From an uncultured delta proteobacterium (GTDB lineage: Bacteria > Desulfobacterota > Desulfomonilia > UBA1062): a stretch of 64,000 nt of DNA. Below the pieces are notes generated by a model, which worked only from the letters and a program-made list of their open reading frames with translations, was not told where the DNA came from and ran no database searches. The translations under genes were made by a program, and so were the position numbers. Shown one piece after another: positions 45,040-54,264 of this stretch (the stretch's first letter is position 1; each line of letters begins with the position of its first letter). The stretch is from the NCBI GenBank assembly GCA_963785235.1, contig CAWAUM010000003.1, positions 1-64,000 on the forward strand. The letters are read 5' to 3'.

Positions 45040-45871
45040 ATGTCCCTGGTAAGAGATAGAGATGGGAAACGCCTGCACATAAAGAGCAGGCTTATGGGCG
45101 AAAGCCTGGTCAGAAAATCGCTGTATGATGATATGGACATACCTCCGCAGCTCCGGTTATTTCCCGATGTGAACGTTGTGAAGATCGGCGGCCAGTCCAT
45201 ATGTGACCGCGGAATTAAGGCCTTGCCTGCCATTATCAAGGAAATCGTCTCTGTGAAGAAAAAACACAAAATCCTGCTTACTACAGGCGGCGGAACCAGG
45301 AGCAGGCACATCTACACCATCGGCATGGAACTGGGCATGCCCACAGGCATCATCGCCAAGTTCGCCAGCACCATCTCCGAACAGAACGCCCTCCTCATTG
45401 CCACCCTGCTGGCACAGTGGGACGGCATCCGCATAGACCAGGACGATATCCTGAAACTGCCTACTTACTTTTCCCAGGGATGCATCCCCGTCACCCACGG
45501 CATGCCGCCGTACGACTATTTCGCGCTCCCCCCGGAACAAGGGAGGCTGCCGGTGCACCGGACCGATGCAGGCACCCTGCTCATGGCCAACCTCATCGGT
45601 GCCAAGAGCTGCATCATGGTCAAAGACGAGGACGGTCTCTACACGGATAACCCAAAGACCAACCCCAAGGCCACCTTCATACCTGAGATCGGTGCCAAAG
45701 GAACTCATGAAGATGGATCTCGAAGACCTGATTATCGAGCGCTCATGCCTGGAGATTCTGCAGAACAGCGAGGCCATAGACAAGATCCAGATCATCAATG
45801 GGCTCAAGAAGGGAAACATCACCAAGGCGCTTGCAGGCAAGCGCGTGGGGACTATCATCTATAAAGAATAA
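45040..45871 (+). CDS. Molybdenum storage protein (MosA/MosB)-like, amino-acid-kinase fold (frameshift near 45700)
   Basis: HIKSRLMGESL, VVKIGGQS..DRG, GGGTRSRH.Y, SEQNA, GMPPY, P.HRTD.G, KDEDGLYT.NPK. Confidence 0.8.
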
Positions 45872-46017
45872 AATTCTCTCATGGCTGACTCCCGGCCTTT
45901 TCTTCCGGCGGGGAATATATCCCCTCATGCCGGGGTAGAATACCCCACACTTTTGATAATCTCGCGACTGTCTTTTATAACTGTATGATATTTATTACCT
46001 TTTATTTATGTATAAAA

Positions 46018-46033
46018 TGGCATAATTAATGCT
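46018..46033 (+). promoter_or_regulatory. sigma54 -24/-12 promoter of the nuoE-nuoF-fdhA operon
   Basis: TGGCATAATTAATGCT (GG-N10-GC); IHF-like TAACTGTATGATA at 45978-45990. Confidence 0.65.
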
Positions 46034-46165
46034 TTCCCCTTCATTCAGTTGGAAACCTGTGAAGACGAATGTCGGGAAACAGCCACCAGGCTATGTTTGC
46101 GACGGGATGCGGCATAATCCATTGTACTTTCGTGTCAGCAGGTTACTGTTGGAAGGAGGTTATTC

Positions 46166-46642
46166 ATGAGTCCCAGGGAAGATTTCAAAAAACCGGATGG
46201 CTGCGCTATCATTGATCCTGCCAAGCAGTCCATGATGCTCGCGGCCTTGTATATTGCTCAGGAACCCAAGGGTTACCTGACAAAAGACACTGTCCAGCAG
46301 GTAGCCAGGCGCCTGGGCATCTCGGCTGGGGAGGTGTACAGCACCGCGAGTTTTTACTCCCTTTTCCGTATGGAGCCTGTGGGCCGTCACGTCATCCAGG
46401 TCTGCGATGGACTCTCGTGCTATCTGAACAACGGGGCGGAACGGGTGGTCGATTACCTCAGCGAGAAACTGGGCATCCACCCAGGAGAGACCACCCGTGA
46501 CGGGCGGTTTACCCTTGAGACCGTCCAGTGTCTCGCCTCCTGCGGGACATCCCCTGCCATGCGTGTGAATGACCAGCTCTACGAAAATCTATCTCCGGCG
46601 AGTATCGACGACATCCTGGAACGACTCATGGGGGAGGCATAA
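46166..46642 (+). CDS. nuoE: NuoE/HydC-like [2Fe-2S] subunit of an NAD-linked formate dehydrogenase
   Basis: ASFYS.F, IQVC...SC, DGRFTL..V.CL.SC...P.M.VN. Confidence 0.92.
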   Translation: MSPREDFKKPDGCAIIDPAKQSMMLAALYIAQEPKGYLTKDTVQQVARRLGISAGEVYSTASFYSLFRMEPVGRHVIQVCDGLSCYLNNGAERVVDYLSEKLGIHPGETTRDGRFTLETVQCLASCGTSPAMRVNDQLYENLSPASIDDILERLMGEA

Positions 46643-46643
46643 C

Positions 46644-47894
46644 ATGGCGCAGTGGCAGCCGGTTCTGTTGGCGAATGTCCATCGTCCGAACTCGGAAAAA
46701 ATAGACACCTATCTGCAGCACGGCGGATATGAGGCGCTGAAGAAGGCCTTGAAGATGCCCCCTGATGCGATCATTGCGGAAGTGAAGGCATCGGGGCTGA
46801 GGGGCCGCGGCGGCGCAGGCTTCCCCACGGGTGTCAAGTGGGGTTTCATGCCGAAAGACGCCCCTGTCAAATACCTTGCCATCAACACCGACGAGGGCGA
46901 GCCGGGAACCTTCAAGGATCGCCTCATTGTGGAGAGAGACCCGCATTCGATCCTGGAGGGGGTGATCATCACGGCGTACGCCGTTGGTGCAAACAAGGCG
47001 TTCGTCTATATCCGGGGAGAGTTCTTCCTGGGGGTAAAGAGGTGGATAAAGGCCATCTCGGATGCCTATCAACATGGCTTTCTCGGCCAAGACATCCTCG
47101 GCAGCGGCTTTGGTCTGGATGTATCCGTTCATCGGGGCGCAGGGGCATATATCTGCGGCGAAGAGACGGCCATGATCGAATCGCTGGAAGGCAAGCGCGG
47201 CGTGCCGAGGTCCAAGCCACCTTTCCCTGCCCAGAAAGGCATGTGGAACAAACCGACCATCGTGCAGAATGTGGAGACCCTGGCAAACATACCTCACATC
47301 ATCCTTCGAGGGGCTCCGTGGTACGCAGGGATCGGGACTGAATTGAGCAAAGGGATAAAGATCTTCTGCGTGAGCGGGCATGTCAACCGTCCCGGCAACT
47401 TCGAGCTGCCGCTGGGAACCCCTCTAAAGGAGATCATCTATCAGCACGCCGGAGGTGTCCGGGGTGGACGTGATATCAAGGCCATTATCCCGGGCGGTGC
47501 ATCCACCCCCATCATCACCGGCAACTGGATATCAACGCCCATGGCATTTGAGACGCTGCAAGCTGCCGGTACAGCGCTGGGAACCGGGGCGATCATCGTG
47601 ATGGACGAGACCACTGATATGGTCGAGGTGGTGAGAAGAATCACCCGGTTTTTTGTGCATGAATCCTGCGGCAATTGCCTCCCGTGCCGCCTCGGCGGCC
47701 ACCGGATGCTGACCCTGCTGGAAAACCTCTCTGCAGGCAAGGGCACCAGGAAGGATATAGGAGAGCTCGAGTACCTTGCTAAAGGCCTCTACGGACGGAC
47801 CTTCTGCCCTATGGGCACGGGCATGGTCGAACCGGTCCTGTCGGCCTTGCGGCTCTTCCGCAGCGAATTCGAGAAAAAGACTTCGAACAACTGA
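46644..47894 (+). CDS. nuoF: NuoF-like FMN/NADH-binding subunit
   Basis: GLRGRGGAGFPTG.KW, DEGEPGTFKDR, GAGAYICGEETA, ESCGNCLPCR...C. Confidence 0.94.
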   Translation: MAQWQPVLLANVHRPNSEKIDTYLQHGGYEALKKALKMPPDAIIAEVKASGLRGRGGAGFPTGVKWGFMPKDAPVKYLAINTDEGEPGTFKDRLIVERDPHSILEGVIITAYAVGANKAFVYIRGEFFLGVKRWIKAISDAYQHGFLGQDILGSGFGLDVSVHRGAGAYICGEETAMIESLEGKRGVPRSKPPFPAQKGMWNKPTIVQNVETLANIPHIILRGAPWYAGIGTELSKGIKIFCVSGHVNRPGNFELPLGTPLKEIIYQHAGGVRGGRDIKAIIPGGASTPIITGNWISTPMAFETLQAAGTALGTGAIIVMDETTDMVEVVRRITRFFVHESCGNCLPCRLGGHRMLTLLENLSAGKGTRKDIGELEYLAKGLYGRTFCPMGTGMVEPVLSALRLFRSEFEKKTSNN

Positions 47895-47931
47895 TATGTC
47901 CTATTCATATATATACTGAAGGAGAAGGCCC

Positions 47932-48330
47932 ATGCAGAATGCAAAGATTCTCATAGTCGATGATGATACGGATTTTGTCTTTTCCACCAGGACCGTTCTC
48001 GAGCAGAAGGGGTATGAAGTGGTATCCGCAGGCAACGGCAGCCACGGCAAGACCACCCTTGCCCGGGAGAAGCCCCACCTGGTTATCCTGGATGTCATCA
48101 TGTCGACCGTACTGGACGGTCTTGCCATGAGCCGTTTCATGCGCGAAGAACCTGCGTATAAAGATATCCCCATCATCATGGTGACCTCCATTGCGAATAC
48201 CGACTACCAGGCATTGTTTCCATCGGATGAGAACATCGACATCGATGCCTTTCTGACCAAACCGATCAAGCCCGCGGACCTGACGGGAAAAGTTGAAGAA
48301 CTGCTGTCCAAGAGAGGGGGCAATGGATGA
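47932..48330 (+). CDS. Single-domain response regulator (REC)
   Basis: ILIVDDD, LVILDVIM (phospho-Asp), PIIMVT, FLTKP; overlaps the fdhA start (ATGA). Confidence 0.92.
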   Translation: MQNAKILIVDDDTDFVFSTRTVLEQKGYEVVSAGNGSHGKTTLAREKPHLVILDVIMSTVLDGLAMSRFMREEPAYKDIPIIMVTSIANTDYQALFPSDENIDIDAFLTKPIKPADLTGKVEELLSKRGGNG

Positions 48331-51009
48331 AGGTTACCATCAACGGCAAACGCTATGACGTTCAGGCCGGGCAGACCATCCTGGAGGTTGCCCGAGCCAA
48401 GAAGATCTATATCCCCACCTTGTGCTACCATGAAAAGGTCGGCGCCGCTGCGAGATGCCGGGCGTGCGTCGTGGAGGTAAAGGGCAGTCCGAATCTGGTG
48501 ACCTCCTGCAGCACCCCTGTTACCGAGGGAATGGAGATCATCACCGATTCCCCTCGGGTTATGGAGGCGCAGCGCTTCGTGATCATGCTCGCCCTTTCGT
48601 CGGGCAACCATAACTGCCTCCTGTGCGAAAAGTCCGGCAGCTGCGAACTGCAGGATGCCGCATATCACCTGAAGATCGAGCCCGAGGAGATCAAAAGGAG
48701 GAACCACCGCCAACTCGACGACAGCTCGGCATTCATCCGCGTGGACCATGGAAGGTGCATCCTGTGCGGGAGGTGTGTGGCGGCATGCAATGATGTAGTG
48801 GTCAACCGCGTCATGAAAATCATGAAGAGGGGTTATGAGGCCCAGATAGGCTTCGACTGCAACGATCCCATGGGCGAGTCTTCGTGTGTCCAGTGCGGCG
48901 AATGCACCCAGATCTGCCCGGTAGGCGCGCTCACTAACAAGAAGTCCATCGGCAAGGCGCGTGTCTGGGAACTGGAGAGGGTCAGAACCACGTGCCCCTA
49001 TTGCGGTGTGGGCTGCCAGCTGGACCTCCATGTCAAGGACGGGCGGATCTTGAAGGTCACCGGCGTGGAGGACGGGTCTCCCAACAAAGGCAGGCTCTGC
49101 GTCAAGGGCCGTTTCGGGTATGACTTCATCTACTCCGAGGATCGCCTCAAGACGCCGCTCATCAAAGAGAACGGGACGTTCAGGGAGGCGTCCTGGGACG
49201 AGGCGCTGAATCTGGTGGCAAACAAATTCAAGGAGATAAAGGCAAAGCACGGACCTGATGCCATTGCAGGTGTCAGCTGTGCCAGGAGCATCAACGAGGA
49301 CTCCTACCAGATGCAGAAACTCTTCCGCGCAGCGATCGGAACCAACAACATCGATCACTGCGCGCGAACGTGACACGCGCCAACGGTCGCCGGTCTGGCG
49401 ATCGCATTCGGTTCAGGCGCAATGACCAACTCCTTCGGCGAGTTCGAAAACGCCAAGATGTTTTCTGGTCATCGGGTCCAACATGACCGAGGCGCATCCC
49501 GTAGCAGCGACCTTCCTCAAGAACGCGGTTATGAAGGGTGCGGAGCTCATCTTAGTTGATCCAAGGAAGCACGCACTGGCAGACTTCGCCACCATGCATG
49601 TGCCCATCAAAGTGGGCAGCGATATCGCCTTCCTCAACGGCCTCATGCACGTGCTCATCACCGAGAATCTCTATGACAAGGAATTTGTAGAGGCACGCTG
49701 CAAGGGGTTCGAAGAGCTCAAGGCCATGGTCATGGAACTACCCGCCCGAGCGCGCCGCCGAGATAGCGGGCGTAAGCGCCGAGGTGATCCGGGGCACGCC
49801 CGGAAGCTTGCATCGGTCAAGCCGGTCATGTGCTGCTACACCCTGGGCATCACCGAGCATACCTGCGGAAGAAACAATGTCCTCTCTGTTGCCAACCTCC
49901 AGATGCTGCTGGGCAACCTGGGCATGGAGGGCGGCGGGGTTAATCCGCTGCGCGGCCAGAACAACGTGCAGGGCGCATGCGACATGGGTGCACTTCCCAA
50001 TGTGTTTCCTGGCTACCAGCAGGTGGCCAATGCGGAGGCCCGTGCCAAGTTCGAAAAGGCCTGGGGCGTCACCGGCCTGCCCGACAAGCCCGGCCTCATG
50101 ATCCCCCAGATGATGGACGGCCTGGTGAGCGGCAAGATCAAGGCCTTATGGATCTTCGGCGAGAATCTGGCCAATACCGAACCGGACATCGCCAAGGTCG
50201 AGCATGAGCTCGCATCCGCCGAGTTCCTTGTGTGCAGCGACATCTTCCCCACCGAGACTACCCGTTTCGCCCACGTCGTGTTCCCGGCTGCTGCATGGAG
50301 CGAGGATGACGGCACCTTCACCAGCTCCGAGCGCCGCATCAACAGGGTGCGCAAGGTGAGTGAGGCCCCGGGAGAGGCGAAACCCAACTGGTGGATCTTC
50401 AAGGAGGTTGCAAAGAGGATGGGCCACGAATGGCAATCAAACAGCGGCCCCGAACTGTGGGACAACGAGGTATCCGTCCTGGCGCCTGCCTTCGGCGGGG
50501 TGAAGTACCGCCGCATCGAGAATGACGGCCTCCAGTGGCCGTGCCCCAACGAGGAGCACCCCGGCACAGCGGTTCTTCACCGGGGAGGCGTGTTCACGAG
50601 CGGCCAGGGCCAGCTCTCCCCTGTTGAGTGGACTCCGCCTGCCGAGGTGCCGGACAGCGAGTACCCCTTTGTGTTGTCCACAGGCCGCAGGCTCTACCAC
50701 TACCATACACGCACCCAGACCGGCCGCTGCGGTATGGATGCAATACTTCCCGAAGAAACCGCCGATATCTCGCCCAAGGATGCCAAGCACCGGGGCATAA
50801 CTGATGGCGACTATATCCGGGTGTGGTCGCGCCGGGGTGAGGTCAGGGTAAAGGCCCGCCTCACCGAGGAAGTGCCGCCCGGCATGGTGTGGATGGCCTT
50901 CCATTTCCGCGAAGGGAACGCCAACTGGCTCACCAACCCCGCCTTCGACCCTGTCACCCAGACCGCTGAATACAAGGCCTGTGCCGTGAATATGGAGAAG
51001 AAGGCGTAA
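48327..51009 (+). CDS. fdhA: Selenocysteine-containing cytoplasmic formate dehydrogenase alpha subunit, copy 1 (Sec UGA 49371-49373; indels near 49461, 49735, 49790)
   Basis: N-terminal 2Fe-2S/4Fe-4S domains, [41 protein letters not shown]. Confidence 0.93.
49068..50727 (+). repeat. About 1.66-kb near-identical direct repeat, copy 1 (partner 55018-56676)
   Basis: Nucleotide sequence almost identical to the fdhA copy 2 core by direct comparison. Confidence 0.92.
49384..49404 (+). other. Bacterial SECIS element
   Basis: CGGTCGCC-GGTCT-GGCGATCG hairpin starting 10 nt after the in-frame UGA, G in the loop. Confidence 0.85.
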
Positions 51010-51019
51010 TGTATTCAGC

Positions 51020-51060
51020 CCAGGGGTAAGGGGCAACCTTGCCCTTGGTTTTTGTTTTTT
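51020..51060 (+). terminator. Rho-independent terminator after fdhA copy 1
   Basis: CCAGGGGTAAGG-GGCAA-CCTTGCCCTTGG followed by a T-tract. Confidence 0.8.
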
Positions 51061-51086
51061 AATATTAAATAAAGGATAATTCACAA

Positions 51087-51821
51087 ATGGATGCTGAGCC
51101 GTGGAATAAAAGACAATCAGAAGGAAAAGGGATGTCTTTCGATATCTTCACTGTTCTGGGCCACGACCTCAAATCTCCCCTCAACGCCGTGGAGGCATAT
51201 CTGGAGATAATCCGGGGCAAGATTTTGGGCGAGGGCCTCGACCCCTACATGCCGATCCTGGAAAAATCCATTGCGCGGCTGCACCAGATGCGTGAGCTCA
51301 TCACCGATGTGGTGGACTGGTCCAGGATACAGCAACCCTCCCCGTCCCGCTCACTCATCACACTGGACGTATCGAAGATTACATATAGCATTCTGGATGA
51401 GTATGAGAAAGAGACTCAAGGAAAGAACATAACCGTATCCACAGATATTGAAGACAATCTCACGATGAGGGCTGCAGGCAGAGAAATCGAACTCATCGTA
51501 CGGCACCTCGTGGACAATGCCATCAAGTACAACAGAGACAACGGCTCAGTGAGCGTAACCATGAAGAGGGCAGGCCCTCATATCAGCTTGAACGTGGCGG
51601 ATACGGGGATAGGCATGAACGCTGAAGAACAGGCACGGCTCTTTGGGGAATTCGTACGCATCAAAAACAGCAAGACCCAGGATATCAAGGGGACCGGTCT
51701 GGGTCTGGCGATCATAAAAAAACTCTCTGAGCTCTACCAGGGAACGGTTTCCGTCGAAAGCGAACCCGACAGGGGTACGACCTTCTCGCTCCTTATAACG
51801 GATGAAGCCCCTCCGGCTTAA
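51087..51821 (+). CDS. Histidine kinase (HisKA + HATPase only, no sensor or TM domain)
   Basis: GHDLKSPL H-box close to the N-terminus; NAIKY, DTGIGM, F box, GTGLGL. Confidence 0.9.
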   Translation: MDAEPWNKRQSEGKGMSFDIFTVLGHDLKSPLNAVEAYLEIIRGKILGEGLDPYMPILEKSIARLHQMRELITDVVDWSRIQQPSPSRSLITLDVSKITYSILDEYEKETQGKNITVSTDIEDNLTMRAAGREIELIVRHLVDNAIKYNRDNGSVSVTMKRAGPHISLNVADTGIGMNAEEQARLFGEFVRIKNSKTQDIKGTGLGLAIIKKLSELYQGTVSVESEPDRGTTFSLLITDEAPPA

Positions 51822-51871
51822 ACCCCGGGGAGCTTCACCTTGGTTTTCTTCTGTGAAAATACTATCCGTCT

Positions 51872-53479
51872 TTACTCAAGGGGCTTCGGCAGCAGCATAT
51901 TTTTCAGGAATGCAAGCTTCTTCCCTAAACCGGAGGAGGTGAAGAGCAGGCCGTAGAGCGAACGGAAGCGGGAGATCTTCTCCGGACTGTAGGGGTGCCA
52001 GACCCAGAACATGTCCCAGAATATTTTGGGTATGGGAATGGTGTCGTAATTCACATGGCAGGCAAGGCATAGGTCTTTCAGGCCTTCATCCGAATGAACC
52101 CTGCCCATACCACTTGACTTGAAACCCTGCCAGGGCGTCTCGGGAAAGGCATGGGTCAGCAGGGTCTCATTGACCATGACCGTGCCTGCCTCAAGCTGCT
52201 CGGCAATCCGTCTGCCTTTTTTCGTGTTCCTCGTAAACACATAGGCACTCAGTCCGTATATGCTGTCGTTAGAACGTCGTACGGCTTCCTTCTCGTCATC
52301 CACTTTTATGATAGGGAGCAGGGGTCCGAATGTCTCTTCGCGCAACGCCTCCATGTCTTCGGTTATGTTTGTCAGAACCGTGGGCTCGAAGTACATCTTG
52401 CCCATACCAGAACGTTTGCCCCCTGTCAGGACATGAGCGCCCTTTTTGATGGCGTCTTCGAGTTGCTCCTCAACGATATTGAGCTGTTCTTCGCTCGTCA
52501 TGGCCCCGATGTCTGCGCTGCTGTTCTTAAGTGGATCAGCCTGTCTGAGGCCCTTGGTCAGCTTTACCATTTCCCTGACAAAGGCGTCGAAGATGTCCTT
52601 GTGAGCATACACCCGTTCAACCGAGGCGCATATCTGACCGGAATTTCCGAACGCACCGAGCACTATTGATCTGGCTGCCAGTGCGATATCCGCATCCTCA
52701 CAGACGATTGCCGGGTCTTTGCCGCCGAGCTCCATGGAACAAGGGATGAGGTGTCTCCCGCAGACTGAGGCCACTACCTTCCCTATGGAAGTGGAACCGG
52801 TGAAATTGACAAAACCGATTTGAGGGGCACCTTTTTCTATGAGCCCTTCTGCCATCTTCCCGGGCCCTGAGACGACCTGAAACAGTTTGGGATCAAGGCC
52901 TGCCGCATCGAAGATCTCGCGCATCTTGTATGCGATGAGCGGTGTCAATGATGCGGGCTTCAGCAGTACGCCGTTACCGGCGATGAGGTTCATGATAGCT
53001 GCCCCTGCCGGGATAGTGAAGGGAAAGTTCCACGGGGATATGATGAAGGTCACTCCACGGGGCTTGTAGTGAATATAGCTCTTGCGGTTTTTAAAGATCC
53101 AGATGGGAATGGGCTTGGGCCCAAGTATCTTCTCAGCCCTTTTCGCAAAGTAGGCGACCATATGTACGATGGGGAGTACTTCGTGGACATAAGACTCATA
53201 CAGAGGCTTCCCGTTTTCTGAACTCAGCAACCTCGCGACTTCTCCTGAGCGTTCGTGCAGGATCTGTGCGAACCTTTTAATCGTTCTCAGGCGCTCGCTG
53301 ATGGGCGTGAGCGCCCACTTTTTCTGTGCTGCATGGACTTCATGGAGGGCTTCCAAAGCCTCATCCACGCTGTATGAGGGGACTTCCCCGATCTTCTTCC
53401 CATCCGTCGGACTGAATACCTCAAGCATTCTTCGATTTTTTATCGGCTCAACATTTTTAACAGCATGATCCGGCATCAT
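51872..53479 (-). CDS. NAD(P)-dependent aldehyde dehydrogenase
   Basis: ISPWNFP, FTGS, MELGGKDP, GQICAS, EETFGP. Confidence 0.94.
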   Translation of the reverse strand: MMPDHAVKNVEPIKNRRMLEVFSPTDGKKIGEVPSYSVDEALEALHEVHAAQKKWALTPISERLRTIKRFAQILHERSGEVARLLSSENGKPLYESYVHEVLPIVHMVAYFAKRAEKILGPKPIPIWIFKNRKSYIHYKPRGVTFIISPWNFPFTIPAGAAIMNLIAGNGVLLKPASLTPLIAYKMREIFDAAGLDPKLFQVVSGPGKMAEGLIEKGAPQIGFVNFTGSTSIGKVVASVCGRHLIPCSMELGGKDPAIVCEDADIALAARSIVLGAFGNSGQICASVERVYAHKDIFDAFVREMVKLTKGLRQADPLKNSSADIGAMTSEEQLNIVEEQLEDAIKKGAHVLTGGKRSGMGKMYFEPTVLTNITEDMEALREETFGPLLPIIKVDDEKEAVRRSNDSIYGLSAYVFTRNTKKGRRIAEQLEAGTVMVNETLLTHAFPETPWQGFKSSGMGRVHSDEGLKDLCLACHVNYDTIPIPKIFWDMFWVWHPYSPEKISRFRSLYGLLFTSSGLGKKLAFLKNMLLPKPLE

Positions 53480-53491
53480 TCACCTCTCCTC

Positions 53492-53651
53492 CTAATCATT
53501 GAACAGATAGTCGTACCAGAACTTCTTTGAGCGATCGATGTTCAGGTCCACGTGGATGTGCTTGATCTGGGTGAACTCCAACAGGCCGTGGGGACTCGCC
53601 GGTCTCGGCATCTACGAACTTGCCGTCAATGAACATCTGATATTTCTCCAT
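53492..53651 (-). pseudogene. Aldehyde dehydrogenase remnant with nearly the whole interior deleted
   Basis: RBS GAGGAGGA; MEKYQMFIDGKFVDAETGE (ALDH N-terminus) joined out of frame to SPHGLLEFTQIKHIHVDLNIDRSKKFWYDYLFND* (ALDH C-terminus). Confidence 0.8.
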
Positions 53652-53881
53652 AGAATCCTCCTCATCAAATTAGTCAGTTGGCAGCAGGAAATTGAAATGT
53701 TATTTATGTGATGACAAGCATAATAATACAATAACGAATGCCTTTCCATCGGGTGTTATTTGAAAATGATGTCGTGCCGGTTTGTATGGAATTGTAGCAA
53801 TTTCTATTACAGCATACTCGAATTTAAAGGGTGTCTGCTGTGAATAAGGTGAACCATTTTTAAGATCATTTCGGGGGAATT

Positions 53882-54103
53882 ATGTCTGAGAGATGGGCTG
53901 TTGCCTATGAACCTATTGGCTCCAATCAGGGCAGATTCATCTGGGTTCGTGATCAGCTTGGAAATATACTAATTTTCAGATCCCGATGGGAGGCAAAAAA
54001 GTGGGTTCTGACCTCGGCATCGCTTGATTGCAGTGACGATGATGTGGTGTTCATAAAGATCCCTTGCGTAGACCCGGCATCAGGATCTCAAGAACGCATT
54101 TGA
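53882..54103 (+). CDS. Small hypothetical protein
   Basis: 73-aa ORF with RBS GGGGGA. Confidence 0.45.
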   Translation: MSERWAVAYEPIGSNQGRFIWVRDQLGNILIFRSRWEAKKWVLTSASLDCSDDDVVFIKIPCVDPASGSQERI

Positions 54104-54264
54104 TAACTTTGAATGAGGGCAGCAAGAACAATTTCCATGGAATTCCATTGTGTAAATCTTGACATAATATTCCGATTAGGCATAAGGTTATTGTGTAAAT
54201 AAATGCATACTGCGGCAGGCATACCCTTCCCCAGCATCGCAATCCCTATATCGAGGAGTTATTG

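Noticed and set aside
46166-47894. Respiratory complex I operon
   Set aside because: Only nuoE/F-like genes are present and they are linked to fdhA; they are diaphorase subunits of a soluble FDH.
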